A stretch of DNA of 64,000 nucleotides, from positions 1,372 to 65,371 of the forward strand of contig CACEJE010000004.1 in NCBI GenBank assembly GCA_902559815.1, given 5' to 3'. The notes under the pieces are model-generated. The model worked only from the letters and a program-made list of their open reading frames with translations, was not told the origin of the DNA and made no database searches. Below are positions 1-13,399 of the stretch, piece by piece. Origin of the DNA: an uncultured Thiothrix sp. Lineage in GTDB: Bacteria > Pseudomonadota > Gammaproteobacteria > Poriferisulfidales > GCA-002705445. The position numbers and the translations under genes were made by a program. The stretch's first letter is position 1. Each line of letters starts with the position of its first letter.

Positions 1-1
1 A

Positions 2-82
2 TTAATGCCGATAAATAATATGACAGAAGATCTTGCTGGTAAACTAATTATGACGGCAAGAGCACCAATGTTTGAGGATTAA
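2..82 (+). CDS. nusA: C-terminal end of transcription factor NusA (5'-truncated by window edge)
   Basis: Frame 2 is open from the window edge and ends at TAA 80-82, giving ...NNMTEDLAGKLIMTARAPMFED*. This resembles the extreme C-terminus of gammaproteobacterial NusA (AG.LIM.AR...WF) and lies directly upstream of infB. Confidence 0.55.
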   Translation, partial: LMPINNMTEDLAGKLIMTARAPMFED

Positions 83-91
83 AATAAAAAA

Positions 92-2521
92 ATGTCTAAT
101 ATCACAGTTAAAGAATTTTCAAAAACAATAGGATTATCATCTGTAAGACTAATTGAGCAATTACAGTTAGCTGGTATTGAAAAAAAAAGTGAAGATGACT
201 TAATTAGTGATGAAGAGAAAATGCAGTTATTAGAGTTCTTTAGAAATGAGCCGGCTAAAAACAAAACGATAAAAAAGGATATTGAGAAATCAGAAGACTC
301 TATTGATGAAAAGCAAAAAACAAAGACAGTTATAAGAAAAAAAAGAGTTTTTTCTAAAGTTAATAACCAAGTAACAAAAAAAATAGAAGCTGATACTAGC
401 GAAAAACATGATGAGGATTTGAGTAAAATCGATGAAGATGAAAATAATTTATCGAGTGAAGAATTTGTTGAGACACAGGACATAAGTGCGCAAGATATTA
501 AAAATGAAACACCTTTATCTGAAACAAAAACTTTTGAAAATAATGAATCAAACGATAATAGTAAAAAAAGAAGAAAAAAATCCAAGACAAAATATATTAA
601 TGAAGAAAAGAATAACGTTGTTATAAAGTCAAAAAATCGTAGGCAAAAGATTCAAATTTCAGATGAGAATCGCATTGTAAGAAAAAAGTCTAGTAAGAAA
701 AACAAAGATAATAGTAAAGTTGAAGATAAGCATCAGTTTGAAAAACCTACGGAACCAGTTGTTTACACCGTAGAGTTGGGTGAATTTATTTCTGTGGCTG
801 AATTAGCATCAGCAATTTCAGTGAAGTCAGCTGAAGTTATAAAGGCGCTTATGAAAATGGGTGTAATGGCAACTATAAACGAGACCTTGGACCAAGATAC
901 AGCAACTATTGTTATAGAAGAAATGGGGCACAAAGTTACAACAATTGATTACGAAAATTTAGAAAAGAATTTATTAACAATTGAGCCAGAGGATAAATAT
1001 GAATTGGAATCCAGACCGCCTGCGATCACAATTATGGGGCACGTTGACCATGGAAAGACCTCATTATTAGATTATATTAGGTCAAGTAGAGTAGCATCTG
1101 GTGAAGCTGGAGGAATAACTCAACACATTGGCGCATATCAAGTAAATACAAAACAAGGTGTTTTAACTTTCTTGGATACTCCTGGGCACGCGGCATTTAC
1201 ATCAATGAGAGCGCGAGGAGCAAATTGTACTGATATAGTTATTCTCGTTGTTGCTGCTGACGACGGAGTAAAACCTCAAACTATAGAAGCCATAAAGCAT
1301 TCAAAAGCAGCTGAAGTACCGATAATTGTTGCTGTAAATAAAATAGATAAAGAAGGTGCTAACGTAGAGGCTATAAAAACAGAGCTTACAAAACATGAGG
1401 TTGTTCCTGAAGAATGGGGCGGAGAAAATATATTTGTAGAGGTTTCGGCAAAAGAGGGTACCGGTATAGATAATCTACTTGAATCAATTTCTTTGCTTGC
1501 AGAAGTTTTAGAGTTAAAAGCAATATCAAAAGGCTCTGCTACTGGTATTGTTTTAGAGTCTGCTTTAGATAAAGGAAAAGGTGCAACGGCAACTGTTCTT
1601 GTTCAAAAAGGTTGTATGAATACTGGTGATAATATTTTATGCGGTAAAGAATTTGGAAGAATTAGAGCAATGATTGATCAGGATGGTAAAAGAGTTGATA
1701 AAGCAACACCATCAACACCTGTAGTTGTCCTTGGATTATCAGGAGCTCCTGAAGTAGGTGATGAAGTTTTATCAGCAGTTAACGATAAGAAAATCAGAGA
1801 CATTGCTGAATATAGAAAAACAAAGATTAGAGATACTAAGTTTGCATCTCAATATCAAGCGCCAACTTTAGATAATATGTTTAGTAATTTAAAAAAAGGT
1901 GAAATTCCAACATTTAATATACTTTTAAAGACAGATGTTCAAGGAAGTTCACAAGCAATATGTGAATCATTAGTTAAATTAAATAACGATGAAGTAATGG
2001 TTAAAATTATAAGTTCTTCAGCAGGTGCTATAAATGAATCTGATATTGCTTTAGCTGAGGCGTCAAATGCTATGATAATAGGGTTTAATGTAAGAGCTGA
2101 CAGCCAAGCAAAAAAAACTGTTACAGAAAAAAATATTGATTTAAGGTATTACAGTATTATATATGATTTGATAGATGACGTTAAAGCGGGTTTAAGTGGT
2201 CTGCTTGCACCAGAGACAAAAGAGGAAATAATAGGTTTGGCAGAAGTTAAAGATGTTTTTAAATCGTCTGCAATGGGTGCAGTCGCAGGGTGTCAAGTTA
2301 TAGAGGGATCTGTAAAAAAAGGCAACCCAATAAGAGTATTAAGAGATAATATTGTAATATATGAAGGGGAACTTGAGTCATTAAGAAGACATAAAGATGA
2401 TGTAAAAGAAGTAAAGCTTGGTACAGAATGTGGTATAGCAGTTAAAAATTATAATGATGTAAAGCCTGGAGATAATATAGAAGTCTTTCAAAGGATTGAA
2501 GTTGCTAGGAAGATAGAATAA
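92..2521 (+). CDS. infB: translation initiation factor IF-2
   Basis: 809-aa ORF with GTPase motifs [12 protein letters not shown] (G1), DTPGH (G3) and NKID (G4). The K/E/D-rich low-complexity N-terminus is typical of IF-2, and the nusA-infB-rbfA order is conserved. Confidence 0.97.
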   Translation: MSNITVKEFSKTIGLSSVRLIEQLQLAGIEKKSEDDLISDEEKMQLLEFFRNEPAKNKTIKKDIEKSEDSIDEKQKTKTVIRKKRVFSKVNNQVTKKIEADTSEKHDEDLSKIDEDENNLSSEEFVETQDISAQDIKNETPLSETKTFENNESNDNSKKRRKKSKTKYINEEKNNVVIKSKNRRQKIQISDENRIVRKKSSKKNKDNSKVEDKHQFEKPTEPVVYTVELGEFISVAELASAISVKSAEVIKALMKMGVMATINETLDQDTATIVIEEMGHKVTTIDYENLEKNLLTIEPEDKYELESRPPAITIMGHVDHGKTSLLDYIRSSRVASGEAGGITQHIGAYQVNTKQGVLTFLDTPGHAAFTSMRARGANCTDIVILVVAADDGVKPQTIEAIKHSKAAEVPIIVAVNKIDKEGANVEAIKTELTKHEVVPEEWGGENIFVEVSAKEGTGIDNLLESISLLAEVLELKAISKGSATGIVLESALDKGKGATATVLVQKGCMNTGDNILCGKEFGRIRAMIDQDGKRVDKATPSTPVVVLGLSGAPEVGDEVLSAVNDKKIRDIAEYRKTKIRDTKFASQYQAPTLDNMFSNLKKGEIPTFNILLKTDVQGSSQAICESLVKLNNDEVMVKIISSSAGAINESDIALAEASNAMIIGFNVRADSQAKKTVTEKNIDLRYYSIIYDLIDDVKAGLSGLLAPETKEEIIGLAEVKDVFKSSAMGAVAGCQVIEGSVKKGNPIRVLRDNIVIYEGELESLRRHKDDVKEVKLGTECGIAVKNYNDVKPGDNIEVFQRIEVARKIE

Positions 2522-2886
2522 TGAAATATGATTCTGATAATCAAAGAATACATAGAATTGGCTCAGTCATTAGAAAAGAAATCGCACAAATTATTAGAAA
2601 CGATATTAACGATCCGAGAATAAAAGACGTAGTAATTACCGAAGTAGATATGTCGAAAGATTTAAAAAATGCTAAAATATTTTTTATAATATTTAACAAC
2701 AAAGATAGATTGGTTTCAGAGATTGAAGAAATTACTAATGCGATAAACTCTTCAAAACAGTTTTTTAAGAAAAAATTATCAGAAAACTCTAACTTGAGAT
2801 CTGTTCCAAGGTTGAAATTTATTTATGATGACACAGAATCAAAAGCTTTTGAATTAGAAGAACTTATAAACAAAAGCTTAAATTAA
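2521..2886 (+). CDS. rbfA: ribosome-binding factor A
   Basis: 121-aa ORF whose ATG overlaps the infB stop (TAATG). Size and position between infB and truB match RbfA. Confidence 0.88.
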   Translation: MKYDSDNQRIHRIGSVIRKEIAQIIRNDINDPRIKDVVITEVDMSKDLKNAKIFFIIFNNKDRLVSEIEEITNAINSSKQFFKKKLSENSNLRSVPRLKFIYDDTESKAFELEELINKSLN

Positions 2887-3764
2887 TGAATAATTATAGA
2901 CAAAGTTGTTTATTATTAAATAAACCCTCTGGTATATCTTCAAATGAGGTTTTAACGAAGGTAAAGAAAAAAATAAATCAAAAAAAAGCTGGCTTTTCGG
3001 GAACATTAGATCCGTTAGCAAGTGGTTTATTAATAATATTTTTTAATAAAGCCACAAAGCTCTGTTCATTTTTTTTAAATTCTAGTAAAAGTTATGAGGC
3101 TGTTATTAAACTTGGCCTTACGTCATCTACAGGTGACTTAGATGGTAAAATTAAAACAACGAATATTACACCCAATCTTAAAAATTTGAACACAATAGAA
3201 AAAAAATATTTAGGTGAAGTTTTTCAAGTGCCTCCAATGTATTCTGCTCTTAAGTATAAAGGTGTTCGTTTATACGAATACGCTAGAAAAGGAATTAGTA
3301 TTGATAGAAAGCCCAGAAAAATTGTAATACATGATTTAAAGTTATCAGTACTTAATGATAAAGAATTATTTTTACAAGTTAAATGCTCAAAAGGTACATA
3401 CATAAGAACTTTAGCAGAACAAATTGGCAAAGATCTTGGTTCGGGTGGGACTGTAGCAAAACTAACACGAACAAGTATAAACGATGTAAGTTTAGATAAT
3501 TCTATTGAATTAGAAAAATTTTTAAATAGTTCAGAAGAAGAAATATTTCATAAATATATGATTAATGTAGATCAATTATTAATTGATACAAAATCGTATT
3601 ATTTGTCTGATTACGATGTGCCAAAGATACTAAATGGAAATTCAATAAAAACTGAGGAAAAACCATTAAATATTGTAAAAATGTATGATAAGAACAATGT
3701 ATTTCTTGGTATCGGCGAAATTAATGAAAATTATGAGCTTTTACCTAGAAAAATCTTAATTTAA
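2886..3764 (+). CDS. truB: tRNA pseudouridine(55) synthase
   Basis: 292 aa with the TruB signature GTLDPLASGLL (catalytic Asp), plus PPMYSALKYKG and KGTYIRTL. The start overlaps the rbfA stop. Confidence 0.93.
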   Translation: MNNYRQSCLLLNKPSGISSNEVLTKVKKKINQKKAGFSGTLDPLASGLLIIFFNKATKLCSFFLNSSKSYEAVIKLGLTSSTGDLDGKIKTTNITPNLKNLNTIEKKYLGEVFQVPPMYSALKYKGVRLYEYARKGISIDRKPRKIVIHDLKLSVLNDKELFLQVKCSKGTYIRTLAEQIGKDLGSGGTVAKLTRTSINDVSLDNSIELEKFLNSSEEEIFHKYMINVDQLLIDTKSYYLSDYDVPKILNGNSIKTEEKPLNIVKMYDKNNVFLGIGEINENYELLPRKILI

Positions 3765-3774
3765 AAGTTAATGT

Positions 3775-3802
3775 TTGTATGATTAATATATCGTGATAGA
3801 AT
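3775..3802 (+). promoter_or_regulatory. candidate sigma70 promoter of rpsO
   Basis: TTGTAT, 16-nt spacer, then TG-n-TAGAAT (extended -10), 36 nt upstream of the rpsO ATG. This is a consensus match only, and chance hits are likely in an AT-rich background. Confidence 0.3.
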
Positions 3803-3837
3803 GCGGCCTTGTAAATAAGAAACTAAGTGAAGAAAAT

Positions 3838-4107
3838 ATGGCATTATCTACTGAAGAAAAAAGTAAAGTTATAAAGGAATATCAAAAAGGAGATACAGAT
3901 ACTGGGTCTCCTGAAATTCAAATAGCATTATTATCAAAAAGGATTGATTTTCTTAGTGAGCATTTTAGTGTTCATAAAAAGGACCATCATTCAAGACATG
4001 GCTTGTTAAAGATGGTGAATACTAGAAGAAAACTTCTTGATTATTTAAAGAAAAAAAGCGCAGAAAGATATCAAACAATAATCTCTTCTTTAGGATTAAG
4101 AAGATAA
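3838..4107 (+). CDS. rpsO: 30S ribosomal protein S15
   Basis: The 89-aa product [15 protein letters not shown]...[21 protein letters not shown] is a full-length S15. The ORF-track start at 3793 is an upstream over-extension. Confidence 0.95.
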   Translation: MALSTEEKSKVIKEYQKGDTDTGSPEIQIALLSKRIDFLSEHFSVHKKDHHSRHGLLKMVNTRRKLLDYLKKKSAERYQTIISSLGLRR

Positions 4108-4121
4108 ACTAAGAGAAAAAA

Positions 4122-6197
4122 ATGAAACCAATAAAAAGAAATTTCCAGTATGGAAAACACGAAGTAATAATTGAAACAGGAAAGATTGCAAGACAGGCTA
4201 ATGCGGCGGTTATCGTAAACATAGAAGGAACTGTTGTATTAACAACAGTAGTTGCTAAAAATGACGGACAGGCAAGAGATTTTTTTCCTCTAACAGTAAA
4301 TTATCAAGAAAAAACATATGCTGCAGGAAAAATTCCAGGAGGATATTTTAAAAGAGAAGGAAGACCTGCAGAAAAAGAAACTCTAATATCAAGATTAATT
4401 GATAGACCTCTTAGACCATTATTTCCAAAAGAGTTCACTCATGAAGTTCAGGTTATATGTACCGTTATGAGTCTTAATAGTGAGATTGACGCAGATGTTG
4501 CGTCTTTAATTGGAGCATCAGCAGCATTAACAATTTCTGGTGTACCTTTTCAAGGCCCATTAGGAGCAGCTAGAGTTGGATATAAAGATGGTTCTTATAT
4601 TTTAAATCCAACAAAAGCTGAATTATTAACTTCAGAATTAGATTTAATGGTTGCCGGAACAAAAGACGGTGTCCTTATGGTTGAATCAGAAGCAAAAATG
4701 TTAAGTGAAGATATTATGCTCGGTGCTGTTTCATTTGGGCATAGTGAAATGCAAACTTTAATTGATGAAATTAATAACTTTGCAAATGAATTCGGTGTTA
4801 AAAATTATGAATGGGAAAAACCTATAAATGAAAATGAAAATCTAGAAACAGAAATTTCAAAAAAATATACCGATATTATAACAGAAGCATATTTAATCTC
4901 TGATAAAGCAGAGAGAAATATAAAGCTATCAGAAATTAAGAATAGTGCTATTGAATCATTTGATGATGAACAAGACTCAAAGAAAGATTGTATAGAAAAT
5001 ACTATATATAAGTTACAAAAAGAAATTGTAAGAAAAAATATTATCTCAGGAAAACCGAGGATTGATGGAAGAGATAATAAAACGGTTAGAGACATAAGTA
5101 TTGAAATTGGTATTTTACCTAAAACCCATGGAAGTGCGTTGTTTACAAGAGGCGAAACACAAGCAATAGTTGTTGCAACCCTTGGAACAGATAGAGATGG
5201 TCAAATTATAGATGCAATTGACGGGAAATATGAAGATAAATTTATGCTGCATTATAATTTCCCTCCTTACTCAGTTGGAGAGACAGGTTTTGTTGGCTCG
5301 CCAAAACGAAGAGAAATTGGTCATGGAAAGCTTGCTAAAAGAGCAATTGCTCCTGTCTTGCCATCAACAGATGATTTTCCTTATGTTATTAGAGTTGTTT
5401 CTGAAATTACAGAATCTAATGGTTCAAGCTCTATGGCAAGTGTTTGTGGATCCAGTTTATCACTTATGGATGCTGGTGTTCCAATTGCAAACCCAGTTGC
5501 TGGAATTGCAATGGGATTAATCAAAGAAGACAAAGACTATGTGGTTCTCTCTGACATACTTGGAGATGAGGATCATTTGGGTGATATGGATTTTAAAGTT
5601 GCTGGAACAAGCGATGGAGTAACTGCACTTCAAATGGATATTAAAATTAATGGTATAACTGAAGAAATAATGAAAATTGCATTAGCGCAAGCAAGAGATG
5701 GAAGGATACATATTTTAGGTGAAATGGCAAAAGTTATTGAATCTTCAAGAGAAGAAGTGTCTATTAATGCACCAAGATTTATTACTATTCAAGTAAAATC
5801 TGATAAGGTTAGAGACGTTATAGGAAAAGGTGGGGCGACAATTAGGGCGTTAACAGAAGAAACAGGAGCAATGATAGATATAGATGATAGCGGCTTAATA
5901 AAAATTTCTTCAGTTGATAAAGCTGCTGCAGAATTAGCAAAATCAAAGATAGAAAATCTTACCGCAGATGTTGAGGTTGATAAAATTTATGAGGGAAAAG
6001 TTGCAAAGATTATGGACTTTGGTGCTTTTGTAACGGTTTTACCGGGCAAAGATGGACTAGTGCATATCTCACAAATTTGTGAAGAAAGAGTAGAGAATGT
6101 TTCTGATAAAGTTAATGAAGGAGATATAGTTAAAGTCAAGGTGCTTGAAATTGATAAGCAAGGACGCATTAAATTAACCATGAAAGGAATAGAGTAG
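4122..6197 (+). CDS. pnp: polyribonucleotide nucleotidyltransferase (PNPase)
   Basis: 691 aa with two RNase PH-like domains ([11 protein letters not shown]), a KH domain ([15 protein letters not shown]) and an S1 domain ([28 protein letters not shown]). It follows rpsO as in other gammaproteobacteria. Confidence 0.97.
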   Translation: MKPIKRNFQYGKHEVIIETGKIARQANAAVIVNIEGTVVLTTVVAKNDGQARDFFPLTVNYQEKTYAAGKIPGGYFKREGRPAEKETLISRLIDRPLRPLFPKEFTHEVQVICTVMSLNSEIDADVASLIGASAALTISGVPFQGPLGAARVGYKDGSYILNPTKAELLTSELDLMVAGTKDGVLMVESEAKMLSEDIMLGAVSFGHSEMQTLIDEINNFANEFGVKNYEWEKPINENENLETEISKKYTDIITEAYLISDKAERNIKLSEIKNSAIESFDDEQDSKKDCIENTIYKLQKEIVRKNIISGKPRIDGRDNKTVRDISIEIGILPKTHGSALFTRGETQAIVVATLGTDRDGQIIDAIDGKYEDKFMLHYNFPPYSVGETGFVGSPKRREIGHGKLAKRAIAPVLPSTDDFPYVIRVVSEITESNGSSSMASVCGSSLSLMDAGVPIANPVAGIAMGLIKEDKDYVVLSDILGDEDHLGDMDFKVAGTSDGVTALQMDIKINGITEEIMKIALAQARDGRIHILGEMAKVIESSREEVSINAPRFITIQVKSDKVRDVIGKGGATIRALTEETGAMIDIDDSGLIKISSVDKAAAELAKSKIENLTADVEVDKIYEGKVAKIMDFGAFVTVLPGKDGLVHISQICEERVENVSDKVNEGDIVKVKVLEIDKQGRIKLTMKGIE

Positions 6198-6210
6198 TAT
6201 AGTCATTTTT

Positions 6211-6585
6211 ATGGGAGATGATTGGAAAAAATTGTTAACTGATGAAGAGTTTATAGTATGTAGAAAAAAGGGTACTGAACAGCCCTTTACTGGAAAATAT
6301 AATAAGTTTTACGAAAAAGGTACATACTTGTGCAAGTGCTGCGAAACAATTCTTTTTAACTCTGACACAAAATTTGATTCAGGTTCTGGCTGGCCAAGTT
6401 TTACTGAATCAGCACAAGAAAAAAATATCAAGTATATTCAAGATAATACACTGGGCATGAGCAGGATAGAAGTTCAATGCTCAAACTGTAACAGTCATTT
6501 AGGCCATGTTTTTAATGATGGCCCTGCACCAACATACAAAAGATATTGTATTAATTCATTAAGTTTGACCTTTAAAAAACTCTAA
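6211..6585 (+). CDS. msrB: peptide-methionine (R)-S-oxide reductase
   Basis: 124-aa SelR/MsrB domain with two CxxC zinc pairs (CKCC, CSNC), GWPSF, and the catalytic Cys in RYCINS. Confidence 0.93.
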   Translation: MGDDWKKLLTDEEFIVCRKKGTEQPFTGKYNKFYEKGTYLCKCCETILFNSDTKFDSGSGWPSFTESAQEKNIKYIQDNTLGMSRIEVQCSNCNSHLGHVFNDGPAPTYKRYCINSLSLTFKKL

Positions 6586-6676
6586 TTCTAGAACAATATA
6601 TTCTCCTATAAAGACTTTGCAGTGGTAGGTTTTTTGGGTAAAATAGGGGACGAAGATTAAATATGAGGAGAAAGAT

Positions 6677-6853
6677 ATGAAAGTATCATGGGATGAAAGT
6701 GTATGTATACACGCAGGTAAATGTGTACAAGGAGCACCAGAAGTATTTAAAATTGAGGATGGTAAATTTGTTATTGATACATCAGCTGCCTCTGAAGATA
6801 AGATTGCAGATGTAGTAGCAGAATGCCCATCTGGAGCTTTAAAAATAGAATAA
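6677..6853 (+). CDS. small divergent 4Fe-4S mono-cluster-type protein (DUF1271-like), 58 aa
   Basis: Not in the ORF track (below the size cut-off). ATG 6677 is preceded by GAGGAGAAAG. The product is MKVSWDESVCIHAGKCVQGAPEVFKIEDGKFVIDTSAASEDKIADVVAECPSGALKIE, with a C-x-H-x3-C ... C-P ligand pattern. It matches my recollection of the short '(4Fe-4S)-binding' proteins. Confidence 0.6.
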   Translation: MKVSWDESVCIHAGKCVQGAPEVFKIEDGKFVIDTSAASEDKIADVVAECPSGALKIE

Positions 6854-6883
6854 TAATTTAAAAAATTCTCTTAGGAGGGAAGT

Positions 6884-7558
6884 ATGATCGGTGATAAGTT
6901 AGCATCGGCGATGCAATTATATGGTAATCCAAGCTGTATAAATACAGCTAAAGCATTACAAACTGCTGCTGAAAAAGGTGTAGATATTGAAGCGCATAAA
7001 ATTAATAGTGGTGACGAAGTCACAGATATCTCACCACTTGGAAGTGCTCCAGTCTTAAAAGATTTAGATAATATTGTGTACGGACCAAACGCAATTATCT
7101 CGTATCTTGATGACAAAGGATTTGGTCCATCATTAGTCCCAAGAAATGGAGTTATCAGAGCAATCATGTATCAATATGCTCACATTGCTTCCGATTATGT
7201 TCAAATGGAAGCATACGGTATGTTAACTGGTTCTGGTGGTAATATGGATATTGTAAATAAAGCTTTTGATATATTAGAAAATATACTTACAAATCCACCT
7301 GATCCAAAACTAAAAAAAGATGTTTATATATGTGGTGAGTTTTCATTAGCAGACATTCATTGGATGTCTTGCGTTAACGCGTTAGAAATATCTGGAAATG
7401 ATGTAGTATCATCTAGATCTAAAGTAAGTGAGTGGTGTGATGCAGTAAAAAAACATCCATCAACAAGTAAAGAAAACATTGTGCCTTATACATGTTTACC
7501 AACAAAAGAGGATGTAGATTCAGGAACATTAAGAAATGTTGGTATTAATGTAGTATAG
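6884..7558 (+). CDS. glutathione S-transferase-fold protein
   Basis: 224 aa with a strong SD (AGGAGGG) before the ATG. The N-terminal thioredoxin-like GST pattern reads MQLYGNPSC.NTAKAL....EKG......SPLGSAPVLKD.D..VYGPNAIISYL, followed by an all-helical C-terminal half. Confidence 0.6.
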   Translation: MIGDKLASAMQLYGNPSCINTAKALQTAAEKGVDIEAHKINSGDEVTDISPLGSAPVLKDLDNIVYGPNAIISYLDDKGFGPSLVPRNGVIRAIMYQYAHIASDYVQMEAYGMLTGSGGNMDIVNKAFDILENILTNPPDPKLKKDVYICGEFSLADIHWMSCVNALEISGNDVVSSRSKVSEWCDAVKKHPSTSKENIVPYTCLPTKEDVDSGTLRNVGINVV

Positions 7559-7628
7559 GTTTTGCGTACTGGAAAATTTTATATTGTTTAACTAAGTTAG
7601 TGTTTTAACACAAGGACTATCTATTTAT

Positions 7629-8693
7629 ATGTTTGGATTTGGCAAAAAAAAACCACAAGAAGTTACATTGAACTCTGATCAATACAAATTTGAAGTAGAG
7701 CCTGAACAAAATATTCTTGATGCTGCATTAAAAGCGGGAGTGCCATTTCCACATGATTGTCGAGTTGGAAGTTGCGGAACTTGTGCCTGCAAGTTAACTT
7801 CAGGAAAGATTAAACCGACAGCTGATTTTAGTTATGTTTTAGATGGTGAGCAGCTTAAAGACGGCATGATATTGGCTTGTCAATCAAGAGCTAAAACACC
7901 AGTTGCAATTGATGTCTCAATAGATAGTGATGCTAAAGCAAGTGCAACAAAATCTTACGAGGGTGTTGTTAAAAAAGTTAAATCATTGACACACGATATT
8001 GTTGAATTGACTATAGGAATTGATAACTTAGAACATTCTGGAATGGCTGGGCAATACTCAGAGGTTTTGGTTAAACAGGTTGGAAATTCAAGATCCTATT
8101 CATTTGCTAAAGCTCCTGAAAACGAAAATCCTGGGGAGTTATCATTCTTTATACGAAATGTTCCTAAGGGAAGATTTAGTAAATGGCTTTTTGATGGTGA
8201 CCCAACAGGGCAAAAATTAGAAGTAAATACACCATTTGGATCATTTTATTATAGAGATGGAAAAGGAACTATGGTTTGTATAGCTGGAGGAAGCGGAATG
8301 AGCGCTGTCAAGGCAATTTTAGAGAAAGCTGCTATAGACCAGGTTGAAAGAGACGCTGTTTTCTTGTTTGGAGCAAGAACACAACAAGATATATATGGTA
8401 AAGAAGAACTTGAAGAAATTAAGAAAAAGTGGAACCCAAATTATAAATTTGAATATACGTATGTTCTGAATATGGAGCCTGAAGACTCTAATTGGAACGG
8501 AGCTAGAGGAATGGTTACAGATTATCTTAAATCCGACTACATTGAAAAAAATAAACTTGAAATGAAAGATTGCCAAGGGTATTTATGTGGGCCGCCTCCA
8601 ATGATTGATGCCGCTATAAAAGAATTTACCTCTGAAGGAATGCCTAATAATGAGATATATTTTGATAAATTTTTAGACTCGGGTTCAAAATAA
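7629..8693 (+). CDS. [2Fe-2S] ferredoxin-FAD/NAD(P)H oxidoreductase fusion (oxygenase-reductase / NqrF-like class)
   Basis: 354 aa. Plant-type ferredoxin ligands CRVGSCGTCAC...ILAC are at the N-terminus. They are followed by RSYSFA (FAD RxYS), GGSGMSAV (NAD(P)H GGxGxxP) and YLCGPPPM (C-terminal CGPxxM). Confidence 0.85.
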   Translation: MFGFGKKKPQEVTLNSDQYKFEVEPEQNILDAALKAGVPFPHDCRVGSCGTCACKLTSGKIKPTADFSYVLDGEQLKDGMILACQSRAKTPVAIDVSIDSDAKASATKSYEGVVKKVKSLTHDIVELTIGIDNLEHSGMAGQYSEVLVKQVGNSRSYSFAKAPENENPGELSFFIRNVPKGRFSKWLFDGDPTGQKLEVNTPFGSFYYRDGKGTMVCIAGGSGMSAVKAILEKAAIDQVERDAVFLFGARTQQDIYGKEELEEIKKKWNPNYKFEYTYVLNMEPEDSNWNGARGMVTDYLKSDYIEKNKLEMKDCQGYLCGPPPMIDAAIKEFTSEGMPNNEIYFDKFLDSGSK

Positions 8694-8756
8694 AAAAAAT
8701 TGGAAATTTGTGCTATTATTTGTAAAATAATGAAAAAAATATAAAGGGGAAATAAA

Positions 8757-8962
8757 GTGAGAGAATATATTGCAGCAGTAGTAATGATAGCATTTACATC
8801 AATATGTTTCTGGGGAATGAATGCGTTTGGATTTCAAAATAATCCGCATGACGTACTTTGGACTTTAGGAGCTGCACTAGCATTATTAATAATTATGATA
8901 GTAAATGTATATATATATTTTGCGATCTGCAAAGAATCACCTTGGGTTTGGAAAAAAGAAGA

Positions 8963-8966
<4 letters not shown>
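8757..8966 (+). CDS. hypothetical small membrane protein (two predicted TM helices)
   Basis: 69-aa ORF with a GTG start after AAAGGGGA. There are two hydrophobic stretches and no recognisable family. It overlaps the xseA stop by 4 nt. Confidence 0.4.
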
Positions 8967-11858
<2,892 letters not shown>

Positions 11859-11859
<1 letters not shown>

Positions 11860-13397
11860 TGCAAGACCAGAAAATATTAGTAGTAGATTACGGTTCTCAA
11901 TATACTCAGTTAATCGCAAGAAGAATTAGAGAAAATAAAACTTTTTGTGAAGTAGTACAGCCGAGTTTCCTTCAAAACAAAATAGATTTAGAAAATATTA
12001 TAGGGATTATACTTTCAGGAGGTCCAAATTCAGTAACTACAGACAATAATTACGATTTACCAGATTTTATATTTGAAGAGGATATACCAGTACTAGGCAT
12101 ATGTTTTGGCATGCAATTAATTTGCAAAAATTTTAACGCAAAAATAGAAAAATCAACCTCTAGAGAATATGGAAAAGCAAATCTCCAAATTCTTAAAGAT
12201 GATTTAATATTTAATGACGTGAATAAAAGCATAGAAGTATGGATGTCACACGGTGACAGTGTAATTGATGTTCCAAAAAATTTCATCAAAATTGCATCGA
12301 CAAATAAAAAAAGTTTATCAGCAATAAAACTTATTGATAAAAATATATATGGGTTTCAATTTCATCCTGAAGTGACTCACACACTTGATAGCGGGAAAAT
12401 AATTTATAATTTTGTTGTTAAAATATGTAAATCGAAGGAAATGTGGACAACAAAAAATATTATAACTAATCAAATAGCTTTAATTAAAGAAAAAGTAAAA
12501 AATGATAATGTGATATTAGGATTATCAGGTGGTGTTGATTCTTCAGTATCAGCAGCCATTCTTCACAAAGCAATTGGTAGTCGTTTAACTTGTATTTTTA
12601 TAGATAACGGGCTCTTAAGATTAAATGAAAAAATTCAAGTTGAAAAAAGTTTTAAAGATTTTAAGGGAATTAAAATAATTTATATCGACGCATCTGATTT
12701 TTTCTTAAAAAGATTAAATGGAATTATTGATCCAGAAGAAAAAAGAAAAATAATTGGAAAAACTTTTATTGATGTCTTCCAAGATGAAGCTAAAAAAATT
12801 AATAATGCTCAATGGTTAGCTCAAGGCACAATATATCCAGATGTTATAGAGTCTGCAGCTTCGTCAGAAAATGCGCATTTAATTAAATCTCATCATAATG
12901 TTGGCGGTTTGCCAGAAAATATGAATTTAAAACTTGTAGAACCACTAAGGGAGCTATTTAAAGACGAGGTTAGAAAATTAGGTATAGAGTTAGGTATAGA
13001 TAAAAAACTTATAAATAGACACCCTTTTCCTGGACCAGGTTTAGCTGTAAGAATCCTTGGCGAAGTTAAAAAAGAATATGCTGATATCTTAAGGGAAGCT
13101 GATAATATCTTTATAGAGATGCTTCATGAAAAAAATCTATATAACAATATTTCACAAGCTTTTACAGTTTTTATGCCAGTAAAATCAGTTGGTGTAACTG
13201 GCGATGGAAGAGCATATGGAAATGTTGTTTCATTAAGAGCGGTAAAGACAATTGATTTTATGACGGCAAAGCCTTTTGATTTTCCTTTTGATTTTTTAGA
13301 GGAAGTCTCAACTAAAATTATAAATGAGATACCAAGTATTTCTAGAGTTTGTTTAGATATTTCATCCAAACCGCCAGCAACTATTGAGTGGGAATAA
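11859..13397 (+). CDS. guaA: GMP synthase (glutamine-hydrolysing)
   Basis: 512 aa with a class-I amidotransferase domain (GICFGMQL, FHPE), the ATP-pyrophosphatase P-loop GLSGGVDSSV and the C-terminal end PPATIEWE. Confidence 0.97.
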
Positions 13398-13399
13398 AA

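Noticed and set aside
79-585. 168-aa minus-strand ORF antisense to the 5' part of infB
   Set aside because: It lies entirely within the well-supported infB gene. Its low-complexity F/L/S-rich product is the mirror image of the K/E-rich IF-2 N-terminus, which makes it a typical shadow ORF.
92-760. Low-complexity K/E/D/N-rich coding region at the infB 5' end as a possible repeat array or foreign insert
   Set aside because: The N-terminal region of IF-2 is naturally variable and highly charged. I saw no exact nucleotide repeats, and the reading frame is continuous with the conserved GTPase core.
3793-3837. N-terminal extensions of ORF-track models for rpsO, guaB (10297), the DASS transporter (13388), orn (31655), phhB (38904), nagZ (46507), lolD (60005) and rraA (22962)
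   Set aside because: Internal ATGs give products matching the expected family length and N-terminus. The extensions overlap neighbouring genes or start at GTG/TTG without an SD.
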